Positions 13,428-27,325 of a stretch of 63,009 nucleotides of DNA are shown in pieces. The notes below the pieces were generated by a model. That model had not been told where the DNA came from and did not search any database. It saw only the letters and a list, made by a program, of their open reading frames with translations. This stretch comes from Rhynchobatus australiae (taxonomy: Eukaryota). Location of the stretch: contig JAUZTB010000042.1 of the NCBI GenBank assembly GCA_034780895.1, positions 34,990,119 to 35,053,127 on the forward strand. The letters run 5' to 3'. Made by a program: the position numbers and the translations under genes. Position 1 is the first letter of the stretch, and each line of letters begins with the position of its first letter.

Positions 13428-13604
13428 TAATTGTCTTGTCATTGAACTGTACATTTCAACCTTGTCTACAATGAGTTGTGAATGTATTTGTTTCCATGAT
13501 AGGACCAAGCTTCTTCCCAAGTTTGTGATCTTTACTCCACCTGTTCATTCACAGCACTTTGTGATTAAAGACTGGCAGCATCCCGAAGAAGTAAACTTTA
13601 AACC

Positions 13605-13970
13605 TTATTTATACAGCACAGTGACAGGCCCTTCGGCCTAATGAGTCCGTGCCGCCCAATTACACCCTTTTAACATACTTATCATGGCACAGGAGGTGTC
13701 CATTGGGCCCCATCAGATTCATACCAACTCTCAGCAGAGCAATCCCTTTTCCCCTCCTCTCCCTATAGCCTATTCTCCATCACCTGCCCTTTGATTGCTT
13801 TTGCCTTTAACCAACCAGCATGTTATTGGGATGAGAGAGAAATTTGGAGTATGTGACAGAAACCCATGCAGTCACAGCAAGAACATGGAATCTCCACATC
13901 GACAGCACCAGAGGTCAGGATCAGACCAAAGTTATTAGAGCTGCGAGGCAGTGGCACTAAGTTTTGCCCT
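13605..13970 (-). mobile_element. V-SINE fragments
   Basis: acaggcccttcggcc tail and gaaacccatgcagtcacag...gacagcaccagaggtcaggatc core in reverse orientation. Confidence 0.65.
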
Positions 13971-14285
13971 ACAGTGGCACCATGCCATTGTAATGAAGGA
14001 AAGGTAGTTACCATGTTGTGTACAAGTCTGAGTAATGTTAATGGGGGATACATATTGACCAGATCAGCAAGAATAATAACTTCATAATGGTGATGTAGAA
14101 GCATTTATAGTTACCTGTTAGTTTGATATTCAACATTTTGTCTAGAGTGTGAACCTGCTCAGGAACCTGAGCCTACCTTGTGCTCAGGTCTCCAACTCGG
14201 AGACAGCAGTATCATCAACTGAATGACAGCTGACACAAGGACCTGATTGTTAAATTCCTACTTTTTTAAAAAAATTATCATCTAG

Positions 14286-14477
<192 letters not shown>

Positions 14478-14934
14478 TGAACAAATAATTGCAGTGAAAA
14501 TACTTTGTAAATATTATAATGTTTGAACAACAGCCATGCCATTATTCAAATGTTGGTGGTTCAGATAAATTCTTAATATTGTGATTAAAACACATTGGTA
14601 GTGATGACTTCTCTCTTGCCCCTATTACCATTACGATCCAAAGGATGCCTTAATGATTGAATTCATCTAAGCATTTTATAACGATTATCAAATTGGCAAG
14701 CATCTACTCAGGGTGGAACATTTTTCCAGGATAGATGAGCAGAATTAGCAACAAGCTAACCCAAGTCAAACACATCACATTCATCTCCAGATTAAAACTG
14801 CATCATTTACTCTAACAATGAATCTTAATCTTAGCTTCAGCTATACCAGAATAATGAGATGGATTTTCCTTGGTATAATCCCTAGGGAATGTGTTTCTAT
14901 TTCTTGCACTCTCTCAGATTAAAATGACCAAAAA

Positions 14935-15275
14935 GAGGTACTGCAGCATTGTGGTTAATTTGCTGGACTGCCAGCCAAATTCTAGACCATTGATTCCAAG
15001 ATACAAATTTGAATTCCACCATAGCAACTGGGGAGTTTAATTCAACTACGTAAATCAATTAAAACAAAAAGCTCATCACAGTGACTGTGAGACTGCTGGA
15101 TCATCATTAAGCACATTAGTGAACCTACCTGGTTCACTAATGTACTTCAGGGGAGGAAATTTTGCATCTTTACTCAGTCTGGCCTGTGTGCAATTCCAAA
15201 TCCACCAAAATGGTTGACTTTTAATGATCTCTTCAGTTCAGGAACAGTTAGGAATCAGCACTAGACACATTCCAA
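14935..15275 (+). mobile_element. tRNA-like SINE of a second family (related copies ~12740-13070, ~39830-40165; reverse copies ~19620-19890, ~36570-36890)
   Basis: Shared core ggttcactaatgtacttcagggaggaaat...gtctggcctg...ggttgactt recurs in several copies. Confidence 0.55.
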
Positions 15276-15508
15276 GAACAATTTTATGCAGTGGGGNNNN
15301 NNNNNNNNNNNNNNNNNNNNNNNNNNNNNNNNNNNNNNNNNNNNNNNNNNNNNNNNNNNNNNNNNNNNNNNNNNNNNNNNNNNNNNNNNNNGTTTAATTT
15401 AAATGGTCAATGAGGTTAATAATGATACCAGCTAACAACTTCATCACTGATATTATTTACTAATAGGGGGTATTCAGTTCACCTTGGTATTTGCTGCTTA
15501 TTTTATGA

Positions 15509-15715
<207 letters not shown>

Positions 15716-17487
15716 TAACAGTATTGCTTTTTTAATACACTTGTGACACATTGTCTTGGCAACACAGACTTTGTTGTGGGCAGATTTTCTAGCCAGATAT
15801 CCTGGAGCAAATTTAGTGCACAGGCATTGCAGTTCTTGGTAATGAAAGTGGCAATATGTTGGATTTCTTTTTAACATAATAATTCACAATTCCAACAGCC
15901 AGTTTCTGTCCTTCAGACTGGAGAAGCACATTAGCTCTGGTTGCTGAAAATTGCAGCATACAAAGAAATGAACGGGGAAGTGGTATAATAGTGAAAAGAA
16001 CCACCTAGGATTATAGCTGCTCAGGCAATAATGTTATGCTTGCTACCCTATTATCTGTAGGGAACAGGAGCCTCCATATGCATTAATCCTCTCCTAGAGT
16101 AAACAATGTGGATCTGCTGAAATTAATTACAGTAACTAGAAAGACTATAAAGTAATCATGGTCCCTCCTCTCCTTACAAGTGAGATTTTTATTTTATTAT
16201 CTTGTTCTTCAATACCTTGTCCAAATGTCTCNNNNNNNNNNNNNNNNNNNNNNNNNNNNNNAAGAATCAAGAAATATGGTATGGGAAAAATTGTACATGT
16301 ACACATACATGTTTGTGCTAACTCTTTGCAACACAGCCTGACATCCAGTCACCTTGAACCTCCTTGCCATTGGATCAAGATTTCATTCTGTCAGCTCAAT
16401 GGGGTAGCTGAAGTATAACAGCTACCCCATACTAAATGTACACATGTAGCACTCCTCAGAAAGTGACGAAGTAAATCATCCTCAACCTTGGGGGTGCCAA
16501 AGCAGAGAAAATCAGTGCCAGGGTTCATGTGAATGGCCTTAGCATTCTAGTGCAGTGTAAGCTTTTCAGTATCCATGCACACTTACAAAGGAAATGCTTT
16601 TGATAGCAAAAGCGGGTGTATAAAAAGCTGCAGATCAATTAGCACAGAAGTTTGTGAGAATCTCAGTGACATCTGAACACCCTTCAGAAACTTAAACTCT
16701 TTAAGTGAATGCATTAAAGATAATTTCAGTAGTTTTCTTCATATAAACATTCACCTACAAGTAATCATTTGGACATCATACAGAAAATGATCCCATTGGT
16801 GTACTGCAAGCAGTATTGCTTGGCGTGCTTTGGAACAGGTATTACACCCACTAACTATGCTGATCACTTGAACAATACCCAGTTCAGGCCCATTCCAAAA
16901 CTACTTGCCACTTGACTACAAAGTCCAAAGCAGCAGTTTAAATAGACCCATGGAAGACTTCTACAAAAATGCTGCAGGCAGGTATTTTACATTTCCTTCA
17001 GTGTGCAGAAGAATTAATAGTCTTCGTATTAAAACTGCAAGCCATTGCCAGTCACTTTTTTCTCTCCCAGCCCTCCCCGCTCTGTGCACAGCCTTTGTAC
17101 CAGCATCTCAGATGTCAATCTGCATCTTTTCAATGCATGGCACTTTAGTCATGAATGACAGACTACACACCTGTCATTTGGTGAAAGAAAACCAATTGGC
17201 ACAGGTCTCTCGTTCATTTCCCTTCACTGCCATACAATTCAAATATCACACAAAGCTTCTAGCTGCCTTTGGTAAAAGCTTCCTATTCATCAGTTCAACA
17301 GTATTACAAAATGAGGGGCCCTGTTGCACATCATTCTGATACTTGTGTGTTCTTATGAGCTAGAAAGATGTGTGTCATATTTATCATGGTGGGTCCATTG
17401 CTAATTGGGATAATATCCCAAAGATATTATCCCATTATAAATAACCTCATAGCATAATGACATGCAGAAAAAGAAATCTCATTTTCA

Positions 17488-18815
17488 GAACATAGAACAG
17501 GCCCTTTAGCCCACAATGTTGTGCCAACGTAGCTATTCCCTCCTACCTACAGAATTCCCATATCCCTCTATCATGTGCCCATCCAAGCCCCTCTTAAAAG
17601 CCCCCAATGAATTTGCCTCCACCACCCTATCAGGCAACACATTCCANNNNNNNNNNNNNNNNNNNNNNNNNNNNNNNNNNNNNNNNNNNNNNNNNNNNNN
17701 NNNNNNNNNNNNNNNNNNNNNNNNNNNNNNNNNNNNNNNNNNNNNNGATTATGCCGGCTGCTTCACCAAGGCAGCGAGAGGTAAAGACAGAGTCCATGGA
17801 GGGGAGGCTGGTGTCCGTGATGCACTGGGCTGTGTCCACAACTCTCTGCAGTTTCTTACGGAAACAGGCCCTTTGGCCCAACTCATCCATGCTGACCCAG
17901 TGGTGTATGTGAGCTCGTCCCATTTGCCTCTAAACCTTTCCTATCCACGTACCTGTCCAAGTGTCTCTTAAATGTTGTTGTTGTACCCACCTCTACCACT
18001 TCCTCTGGCAGCTCGTTCCATTCACCCACTGCCCTCTGTGTGAAAAACTTGCCCCTCAGGTCCCTTTTAAATCTTTCCCCTCTCACCTTAAATCTATGCC
18101 CTCTAGTTCTGGACTCCCCTACCCTGGGGAAAAGACCATGACCATCTGTGGCCCTCATGATATTATAAACATCTGTAAAGTCACCCCTCAGCCTTCTACA
18201 CTCCAGGGAAAACAGTATGTGGGAGAGAGCGACAGGAAGTGTGTGAGAGGTCGAGAGAGTGTGAGGGAAAGAGTGCGAGAGAGAGAGAGTGAGGGAGGAG
18301 GTGAGTGTGGGATGGAGCTCTGATCTCAGTGCTCTAACCTTTCACTTGCCAGGGGCAGGTGTTGCTTGTGTGAGCCGTGGAAGAGGATTCAATGGAAATT
18401 TCAAAGTGGAAACAGAACATAGAACAGTACAGCACAGAACAGGCCCTTCGGCCCACAATGTTGTACTGACATAGCTATTCCCTCCTACCTACAGAATGCC
18501 AATATCCCTCCATTTTCCTCTCATTCATGTGCCCATCCAAGCCCCTCTTAAAAACCTCCCATTGAACTTGCCTCCACCACCCTATCAGGCAACACATTCC
18601 AGGCAGCCACCACTCTCTCAGTAAAAAACATACCCCTCACGTCTGTTCTGAACCTACCCCCTCTCACCTTAAGTGCATGCCCTCTGGTATTGCATCACTC
18701 GATAATGGGGAAAAGATATTGCTTGTCCACCCTATCCCCCTCATACACTTCCCACAGATCACCCCTCAGCCTCCACTGCTCCAGAGAAAAGAGCCCAAGT
18801 TTGTCCAGCCTCTCC
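17488..18815 (-). mobile_element. Cluster of CR1 3' ends with a Rex1/Babar fragment (17747-17860) and a GA-rich tract
   Basis: ORF 17883-18158 (-) LFPRVGESRTRGHRFKVRGERFKRDLRGKFFTQRAVGEWNELPEEVVE is the CR1 ORF2 C-terminus. RKKLQRVVDTAQCITDTSLPSMDS is Rex1-like. Repeated agaacaggcccttcggcccaca tails. Confidence 0.85.
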
Positions 18816-19307
18816 TGGGCTCTTTACTCTGGAGCAGAGCTTGAGGGTAAAATGTCCTCCGAAAAATGATAGAAACAGTAAAAAAAAATCTCCACAGATT
18901 TACTGTGTAACAGCAGTGCCCAGGAACCAGCTCAGAACTGCTCCTGCTCCATTTCCTGTTACAATTCAAGCTGTCAGACAGAGCAGAAAAGCTCCAATCA
19001 GAAAAAAAGGTGCATAGTCCAAGGCAATGCAAGGAGCATTGCAGAAGCAAAAGAATGGAATTATAAACACCAACCAGGAATCCATTGGAGTACAATTAAA
19101 CTTGCAATTTAATTACTAACAGTAAATACAACCCTCTTATTGCTGAAACAGTTGAATATTTAAGAAACAAGGACACAAACTGTAATGTTAAGTTGGAGAG
19201 GCTTTTAAATAACAAAATCTATGAATGAATTTGCAACATTTACTGATGTTAATGTCTCAATGCCAGCCTGTAAACATAACTCAGTGCTGCCTCTGTTTTT
19301 CTTTCAG

Positions 19308-19428
19308 TGTCAATATGCATATTTACACTTATGCACCAGGGATATTTTAAGGAGTAGAAAGCTACGAGGTGAACAAGAAAATCCATTGTTTCCCATATAT
19401 GAAAATGTAAATCCAGAGTATCACAGAG
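19308..19428 (+). CDS. PTPRB: PTPRB penultimate exon, with C-terminal YxN-hydrophobic motif (YENV)
   Basis: tttcag|TGT CAA TAT...CAC AGA G|gtatgc; 121 nt. CQYAYLHLCTRDILRSRKLRGEQENPLFPIYENVNPEYHR. Confidence 0.96.
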
Positions 19429-22379
19429 GTATGCAAATAATCCCTGCAGGTGAATTTTCCATGGAATATTCATAAACACTTCAATTCAAAAGCAGACTGT
19501 TTGTTTATAAAACTTTTACTGCATTGCATATTTATCAGAATTTGTGACTAAGGGCGAACTGTTAATTATTACAATTTCTAAATAAAACAAAATTGCTCAT
19601 GAGATATGGACATCATATCCCACTGGTTTCCCCAAGTCATTTCGAAAGTTAACTATATTGGTGGATGTGGAATTACATTGAAACCCAACTAATAAGACAG
19701 AGTTCCTTCCCTGAAGGAAATTACTGAAACAGATGGGTTTTTAATGACAACTTGGTGTTTTCATTGTCATTAATGCTGATTCTAGACTTTTAATCTCTAT
19801 TTAAATACCTCAGTTGCAGTTAGTGGGATTCAAGCTCATCTCTGGATCGATGGGGCCTCTGAAAACTAGTCCAGTAATGTAGTTACCGGACATTGAAACA
19901 ATATGGGCCGATTTAATGACTTGATGTTCATTTGATTAGCAAACAAAAATAGTTGTGCTCTCATTACATGTTATCGTGTACTCCATTGCCAGATACCTGA
20001 ACATTGCATTTTTGCCTTAGATATGGGTTTGATTCCAACCCATGTTACAGTGACAGAAGTTAAGTACTTATAAACAAGGCACATGAAATAACAAAATGTG
20101 GGCCCTGTGGGACTGCTCATTGATTGGTAGTTCTTCTTTCATATGGATGTTGAGGTAGAAAGGCTAATAATGTACAAAGCATTCTATTCATGAGTAAGGT
20201 AAACCTTAACCTGATCAGCCCATTCCTTCACTATTTACTTAGTTGATTCAGCACTTCTTTCATCCGTTATATGTTGAGAATTTCAGTTGTGGATATTTGT
20301 TTGAGTTTCTGAACTATCATCCAATTTTCCATTAAATTAATGACAGTAGAGATACCACAGAGGCAGGACTTTATTCTCCTCCCAGAGAGCAGATTTAATT
20401 ATCCCAGCACCTCTGCTGTTTTGAATTTGGCAGGTTTGTAGGGTGAGAGGGGTTAGTTCCAGAGAAAGGGACTGCACTAGAGTCATTTCTTAATGGCTTC
20501 TCATAATATAAATCCAACTCTTCTCTTTCCTTATTGCTGAGTTTATAGGGGAACCTACTAATAGTGATAAAGNNNNNNNNNNNNNNNNNNNNNNNNNNNN
20601 NNNNNNNNNNNNNNNNNNNNNNNNNNNNNNNNNNNNNNNNNNNNNNNNNNNNNNNNNNNNNNNNNNNNNNNNNNNNNNNNNNNNNNNNNNNNNNNNNNNN
20701 NNNNNNNNNNNNNNNNNNNNNNNNNNNNNNNNNNNNNNNNNNNNNNNNNNNNNNNNNNNNNNNNNNNNNNNNNNNNNNNNNNNNNNNNNNNNNNNNNNNN
20801 NNNNNNNNNNNNNNNNNNNNNNNNNNNNNNNNNNNNNNNNNNNNNNNNNNNNNNNNNNNNNNNNNNNNNNNNNNNNNNNNNNNNNNNNNNNNNNNNNNNN
20901 NNNNNNNNNNNNNNNNNNNNNNNNNNNNNNNNNNNNNNNNNNNNNNNNNNNNNNNNNNNNNNNNNNNNNNNNNNNNNNNNNNNNNNNNNNNNNNNNNNNN
21001 NNNNNNNNNNNNNNNNNNNNNNNNNNNNNNNNNNNNNNNNNNNNNNNNNNNNNNNNNNNNNNNNNNNNNNNNNNNNNNNNNNNNNNNNNNNNNNNNNNNN
21101 NNNNNNNNNNNNNNNNNNNNNNNNNNNNNNNNNNNNNNNNNNNNNNNNNNNNNNNNNNNNNNNNNNNNNNNNNNNNNNNNNNNNNNNNNNNNNNNNNNNN
21201 NNNNNNNNNNNNNNNNNNNNNNNNNNNNNNNNNNNNNNNNNNNNNNNNNNNNNNNNNNNNNNNNNNNNNNNNNNNNNNNNNNNNNNNNNNNNNNNNNNNC
21301 TCGTGCAAGGAAATATTTTGCATGGAGCCAGGCCAGAGGGCTGATTGTGTGTGAAAGGTCTTTGGTCCATCACATCACAGCAGTAGTCCATTTAGTCTAT
21401 TTTCCGATTTGGTCCAGTGGAATCAAAATACATATACTGACATCCAAGAAAGCAGTTACTGCTGCTATTTCTCACCCACAATTTTATCCAAAAGATTATT
21501 GGTGGTGTTCAGTACCCACTTGAAATCACTAGCCAGGATCCAGCTCTTGCTGTTGCTTTCTGTCAACTTTTGGTTTGGGCAAATACCACAACTTACATTG
21601 GATAATGCATCAGAATACTTCAGAGGAAGGAGCAATTAATAAAACAAGGCAAGATGGCAAGCAGACCCAGCACAACAGATTATGCAAAAACTCTTACTAA
21701 GCTTTCTAAAGGAGGAATGGGGAAAATAAAACAGGGGAATTACAAAAGGGATATTCAGATGCCAGAGGCACATTGGCTGAAAGTACAATCGCCGATATTG
21801 GAATAAAGGACATAGGAAATACTGATCAAACCCATGTTGGAAAATTGGAGCAGAGACAAAGCTGCAGGAGGAATATCAAGGGAAGGATAAGGAGTCTGAT
21901 TTGTAGACAGCCAGGATTTGATGCTTACTGAGTGCAGGGCTGTGAGTGAGTGAAAACTTTCTGAATGAGCTCCAATTGTGATTGGAGACAGAGTGCAGCA
22001 AGATGAGCATCAAGGAAAATTGATGCATAGATTAGAGCCAGTGATGTAAAGAACCTGGGACCAGTTAAGTTCCTTCACTTCGGTTCACAACAGGACTCTG
22101 GGATGTTNNNNNNNNNNNNNNNNNNNNNNNNNNNNNNNNNNNNNCAGTAACCAAACAGTTTCCACCCCCACCCCCCCCCCCTTGCAATGGTGGGATGCAC
22201 CTTGCCAGTGGCACTTAAATCTTATTGGGCATTGGACTGCCATGAACTAATGTACAGACTGATTCCTCCCCATTATGAGCAACTCAAATTTCTCAACCAT
22301 GATCAATAGTCAAGAATTTTGCTTGGCTGTCATGTAGCAATATAATTTCACAACAGGTTAACAGTTTATTGTGCAATGT

Positions 22380-25300
22380 GATAGAATTAATTAAAAACCT
22401 AATCTCGAAGGCACCCCTAGGTAACAGAGATCATGTAGTATTGAACATTCCATTTCAGGTTGAGAAAGAGAAGAATGGGCCCAAGGTTGATACTTTAAAC
22501 TTAAGGACAACTATGAGGGCATGGAACCAGACCTAGCTAAAATGAACTGGCAAATAAGGTTACAGGGACAGCCAAGATGTGGCGGCAGACATTTTAAGGG
22601 GGCTCTTTCAGACTACACAAAATAGATACATTCCAACAAGAAAGAAAAGTTCCAAGGGGAGGACCAAAAAAAGTTAATGATACTACCCAAACTTAAAGAA
22701 AATGCATAATATTTGTACAGAGACAGATGCCAGGGGAGATGAGTGGACAGAATGTTTAAAAGAAACAAATGAGGAATCAAAAGTTAGAGTAGATAAAGTT
22801 AGCATCAAATAAAAACAAACAGTAAGAATTTCTATGTTAATTTCATTGTAAAAAATAATGGAAAACATTAAATAGGTATTTTGCCAGTCCTCACTATAAG
22901 GAAACAAGTAATATCAGAAATAGCTGTAAATCAAGAATTGAAAAGGGGAGGGGGAAGCTCAGGAAAATTATAGATCACCAGGGCTGAGCAAATTATGGAG
23001 CTCTGGGCTCACTTGTCTCCANNNNNNNNNNNNNNNNNNNNNNNNNNNNNNNNNNNNNNNNNNNNNNNNNNNNNNNNNNNNNNNNNNNNNNNNNNNNNNN
23101 NNNNNNNNNNNNNNNNNNNNNGGCTCACTTGTCTCCAAGTCCTGTCATCCAAAAGGTCTTAAAAGAAGTGGCTAGCAAGATAATTGATGCATTTATTTTT
23201 AAATTTTCCAAAATTCCCTAGATTTGGGAAGATATTCCATTAGATCTGAAAATAACAAATGTACCCCCTCATTCAAAAGAAACGGGAGGAAGACAGAAAG
23301 CAAGAAACCATAGGCTGATTAGCTAAACCTGTATCATAGGGAAAATGTTAGAAGTTATTATTAAAGATGTCATAGGGTGCTTTGGAAGATTCAAGCAAGT
23401 TAAATACTATTTTGTGAATATGAAATCATGTCTGAACAATTTATTGGAATTCTTTGAAGTAATGTGTGTTGTGAATAAAGTGGAACTGATGGATGTGCTG
23501 TACATAGATATCCAAAAGCCATTAGATAAAACGCCACATCAAAGCTTATTACAGAAAATAAAAGCTGATGTTTTAGGAAATAACATATTTTCATGGAATG
23601 AAGAGAGGCTGGCTAACAGGCAGAGAGTAGACATAAGTACCGGTTGGCAAAGTGTAGTGTGTGATATACCACAGGACTCAGTGCTAGGGTCACAACTTGT
23701 TACAATTTATGTAAATGGTGCAAGTGATGACATGAAGAGTATAATGCTAAGTTTGCTGATGATGTGGAGTTAAGTAAGAAAGTGAAATGCGAAAAGAACA
23801 AAGAGGCTACAAAAAGGATATTGATGGCTTGAGCGAGCAGGCAAAGATATGTCAAATAGAGTATAATGTGGGGAAAGTGTGAACTTATCCAGTTCAGCAG
23901 GAAAAGCAAAGAACCATAAAAGAACCTCCTATATTGACAGTTTGCATGAGAACATAGATGGCATGGTTAGTAAGTTTGCAGATGACAAAATTGGTGGTAT
24001 AGTGGACAGTGAAGAAGGTTGTCGAAGGTTACAACAGGATCCAGTTCAACTGGGAAAGTGGGCCAAGGAATGGCAGAGAGAATTTAACATGGACAAGTGG
24101 GAAGTTCTTCATTTTGGGAAATTAAACCAGGGCAGGACTTGCACAGTAAATGGCAGGGCCCTGGAGAGTGTTATAGAACAGAGAGATCTAGAAGTGCAAG
24201 TACATAGTTCCCTGAAAGTGGCAACACAGGTAGACAAGGTGGTGAGGAAGGTATTTGGCACACTTGCCTTCATCGGTATGGGCACTGAGCATAAGAGTTG
24301 GGACATCATGTTACAGCTGTGCAAGACATTGGTGAGACCACACTTGGAGTATTATGTGCTGTTCTGCTTGCCTAGCTATAGGAAGGATGTCATTAAGCCA
24401 GAAAAGATGTGCAAAGATGTGGTGAAGACTGCAGAGATTGGATCGGCTGGGGCTTTTTTTACCCAGGAGTGTAGGAGGCTGAGAATTGACCTTATTGAGG
24501 TACATTAAAACCTCGAGGGACATAGATAAGGTAAATGGTCACAGTCTTTTCCCAGTGTAAGGGGGGGGGGGGGTCTAAAACTATAGGGCATAGATTTCAA
24601 GTGAGAAGAAAAAGATTTAAAGGGGACCTTGGGGGCAACTTTTTCCCCCACACAGAGGGTGGTGGGTGTATTGAATGAACTGCTAGAGGAAGTGGTAGAG
24701 ATGGGTACAATTACAATGCTTAAAAGACATTTAGACAGGTACACAGATAGGAAAAAGTAAAGGGATATGGGCCAAATGTAGGCAAATGGGACTAGCTCAG
24801 GTAAGCAAATTGGCTGACATGGACATGTTGGGCCAAAGGGCCTGTTTCTGTGCTGTATAACTCCATGACTGTTATCTAAACGTGGAGAGATGCAGAATTC
24901 AATGCAGAGGGATATAGGTGTCATATACAAGGATTCACAGAAGGGTAATATTGCAGGTAGGGCAAGTAATATGGTAAATTAGTAGAATGTTATCCTTTGT
25001 TGTTAGGGGAATTAAATATAAAAAGTGGAGGGTTGCGGTTATGCTTCAGTTATATACAGCATTTGTGAGACCTCATCAGAAGTACAGCATACAACATATC
25101 AGTGCTTCTTTAAGGAAGGATGTTAAAGTACAAGAAACAATTCAGAGGAAGTTTGGTTGACTAATACCAGGAAATGGGTGGGTTGTCGTGAGGAAATTTG
25201 GGTAGGCTTGGCTTGTATCCACTGGAATTTAGAAGAGCAAGACAGAACTTTATTTAAATAATCTTTAAAGGTCTTTCCCCTTCTGAGAGAGTCTCAAACA

Positions 25301-25600
25301 AGGAGGTCACTGTTTAATAATAAGCAGTTGTCATTTAAGACTGAGATGAACTGTTATTTTTTTTAAATCAGCGTATTGAGTGTCTTTGGAACTCTCTTCC
25401 TCAGAGTGATGGAAGAAGTGTCTTCTGACATTTTTAAGGCAGTAGTAGGTGGATATTTGCTAAGATGTGGGTGAAAGGTTAATTTGTGTAGATGGAAGTG
25501 TAGAGTTGAAATTGGAAAGCAATCATCCATGTCTTTACTACATGGCAGAAGAGGCTCGAGGGGCAAAATGGCCCACTCCTGTGCCTAATTCATATGTTTA
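22380..25600 (+). mobile_element. Old CR1 LINE interrupted by a younger CR1
   Basis: Decayed KSCLNNLLEFFE...DVLYIDIQKPLDKTPHQSLLQKIK...PQDSVLGSQL. The host resumes at ~24871 and ends at ggctcgaggggcaaaatggcccactcctgtgcctaattcatatgtt. Confidence 0.8.
23928..24870 (+). mobile_element. Younger 5'-truncated CR1 LINE
   Basis: ORF 23879-24508: SKFADDKIGGIVDSEEGC...KTLVRPHLEY; tail gggccaaagggcctgtttctgtgctgtataactccatgact. Confidence 0.9.
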
Positions 25601-26263
25601 CATGTTTGTTAGCTGACAAAAGCTTTTATCTTTTAGAAATTACATTAGCAGTGATAGATCAGAAAATTATTCACTATATAAAAGATTATAAACCTTCAAT
25701 CTGATGCAGCCTTGATATAGCATTAGTTCAGAAAATAATTGAAACTTGAGATTGCTTTCAATTGGATATCAGCAAAGGGCTGAAATTCAACAGAGAGTGT
25801 AGAAGAGATTTCCATTCAATAATAGAGTAAAAAGAAAAAACCTTGATTCTTCAACCAACACCCAAGATTAATATTATAGCAATGTCATTGCTATAGTTAA
25901 ATTAGCTGCCATGCCACCTACATTACAACAATAACTATTCTTCAGAATTATTGATTGCAAAGTACTCCACGGTTGCCTGAATTCATGAAAGCCACCATTT
26001 AAATCCAATAATTCCTTGGCACTCTCTTTCTATAATACAGAACTTCTTTACAATGGTTCTGTTGACATTTACATTTTGGAGCTGATTCCACAATATCAAT
26101 TCCAAAATAAAAGTTTACCACATTGAAACTATCACCTCTGCCCATGTTGGTTAAGGTAGGTTAAATTTTGCTAAACTTGCTGATGTGGAAGATTAAATAC
26201 ACAGACCATCCAACACCAAAGAATGAGATGGCCATTGATNNNNNNNNNNNNNNNNNNNNNNNN

Positions 26264-26289
26264 NCACGTGTTTATCAAGGCATTTTTGA
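26264..26289 (+). CDS. PTPRB: Probable PTPRB terminal coding exon (acceptor hidden in N gap)
   Basis: After the gap: nC ACG TGT TTA TCA AGG CAT TTT TGA = (D)TCLSRHF*, in the phase required by the previous exon and aligning with human DPVYSRH*. Followed by AT-rich, UTR-like sequence. Confidence 0.7.
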
Positions 26290-26730
26290 ATTTAATTTCT
26301 TGGGACACTCCCTCGGGGAGACTGCACTCCCTATGACCCAGAGCTGCTGTAACCCCTGAAGGTGGCATTCTTTGGTGCAGAGCCTGACATCAGGGAGGGG
26401 GGAAATGATGTGCTTTGTCTAAACATAGCAGCTAATCGTGGCATAACCAAGAAAGGATTTAGTATTTTATTTCACATCATGAAGTTTATTTCCCTTTATT
26501 TATCCCATAGACTTCCTCTTTGGAAGACACTGAAGAATGCAGAGAAACTGTCATCGGATGCAATGAACCTCATTTGCAGCACTGTTAAATATGCACTAAA
26601 TAAATACCAGGTCCTGGATTTCAACGTGTGTAATTTATTTGCCTGGTATTCCCTTTGGATATTATAATTTAAATGTATTAGATATTATTGTATATACATA
26701 TTTTAAATAAATATTTCTTATATATTTTTT
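26290..26730 (+). other. PTPRB: Putative PTPRB 3' UTR with polyadenylation signals
   Basis: AATAAA at 26599-26604 and 26706-26711, ATTTA motifs and T-rich downstream sequence. The true UTR end cannot be determined. Confidence 0.45.
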
Positions 26731-27029
26731 AAAATTGGTGGGATTATATATTTTGTATTACCTATAACAAAATGTATCACAAGAAAGAAAAAAGTAATCT
26801 GTATATAGTTCTGTTGCATTATTTTTATTTTTAAATATTAATATTCACAATGCAATATTCTGTGCAATCCAAATTGTTTTGTAAGTGGAGATTCAATATT
26901 GGGAAGGAATATTATAACTGTGCACTTGAAGGGTGATGTGCTGACACATGGGGTGCATTAGAAGAGTAATCACAGGAGGCTTTGACTATGTAACAATGGC
27001 AACAGACCTCATGTTAATATTTCCATAGG

Positions 27030-27325
27030 ATTAGTCCATTCTGCCCATCGAATCTATACCAGTTATCAAATCAATCCCATAAGTTCCATTGTCCCACTTT
27101 TCTCACATGCCCATCAACTGACCACCCACTACACCGGGTAATTTACAGTGGCCAATTAACTCACCATTTTTGGGATGTGGGAGGAAACCAGAGCACCAGA
27201 AGGAAACTAATTTATTCATAGGAAAAACGTACAAACTCCACACAGGCAGTACCCAAAATCAGGATCAAACCAAGATTGCTGGAGTTATAAGGAGCAGCAG
27301 CACTTCTCAGCTCTCTATTGTGCTG
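27030..27325 (-). mobile_element. V-SINE
   Basis: gggatgtgggaggaaaccagagcaccagaaggaaac...caaactccacacaggcag is the reverse V-domain. Confidence 0.7.

Noticed and set aside
16905-17339. 144-aa intronic ORF
   Set aside because: No recognisable domain, a non-ATG start and no splice support; probably chance or an unidentified decayed repeat.
20490-21523. Long ORFs of 260-320 aa (also 35655-36500 and 61249-62079)
   Set aside because: Almost entirely X residues from N gaps.
23879-24508. 209-aa ORF as a host gene
   Set aside because: Chimeric, truncated CR1 reverse-transcriptase fragment.
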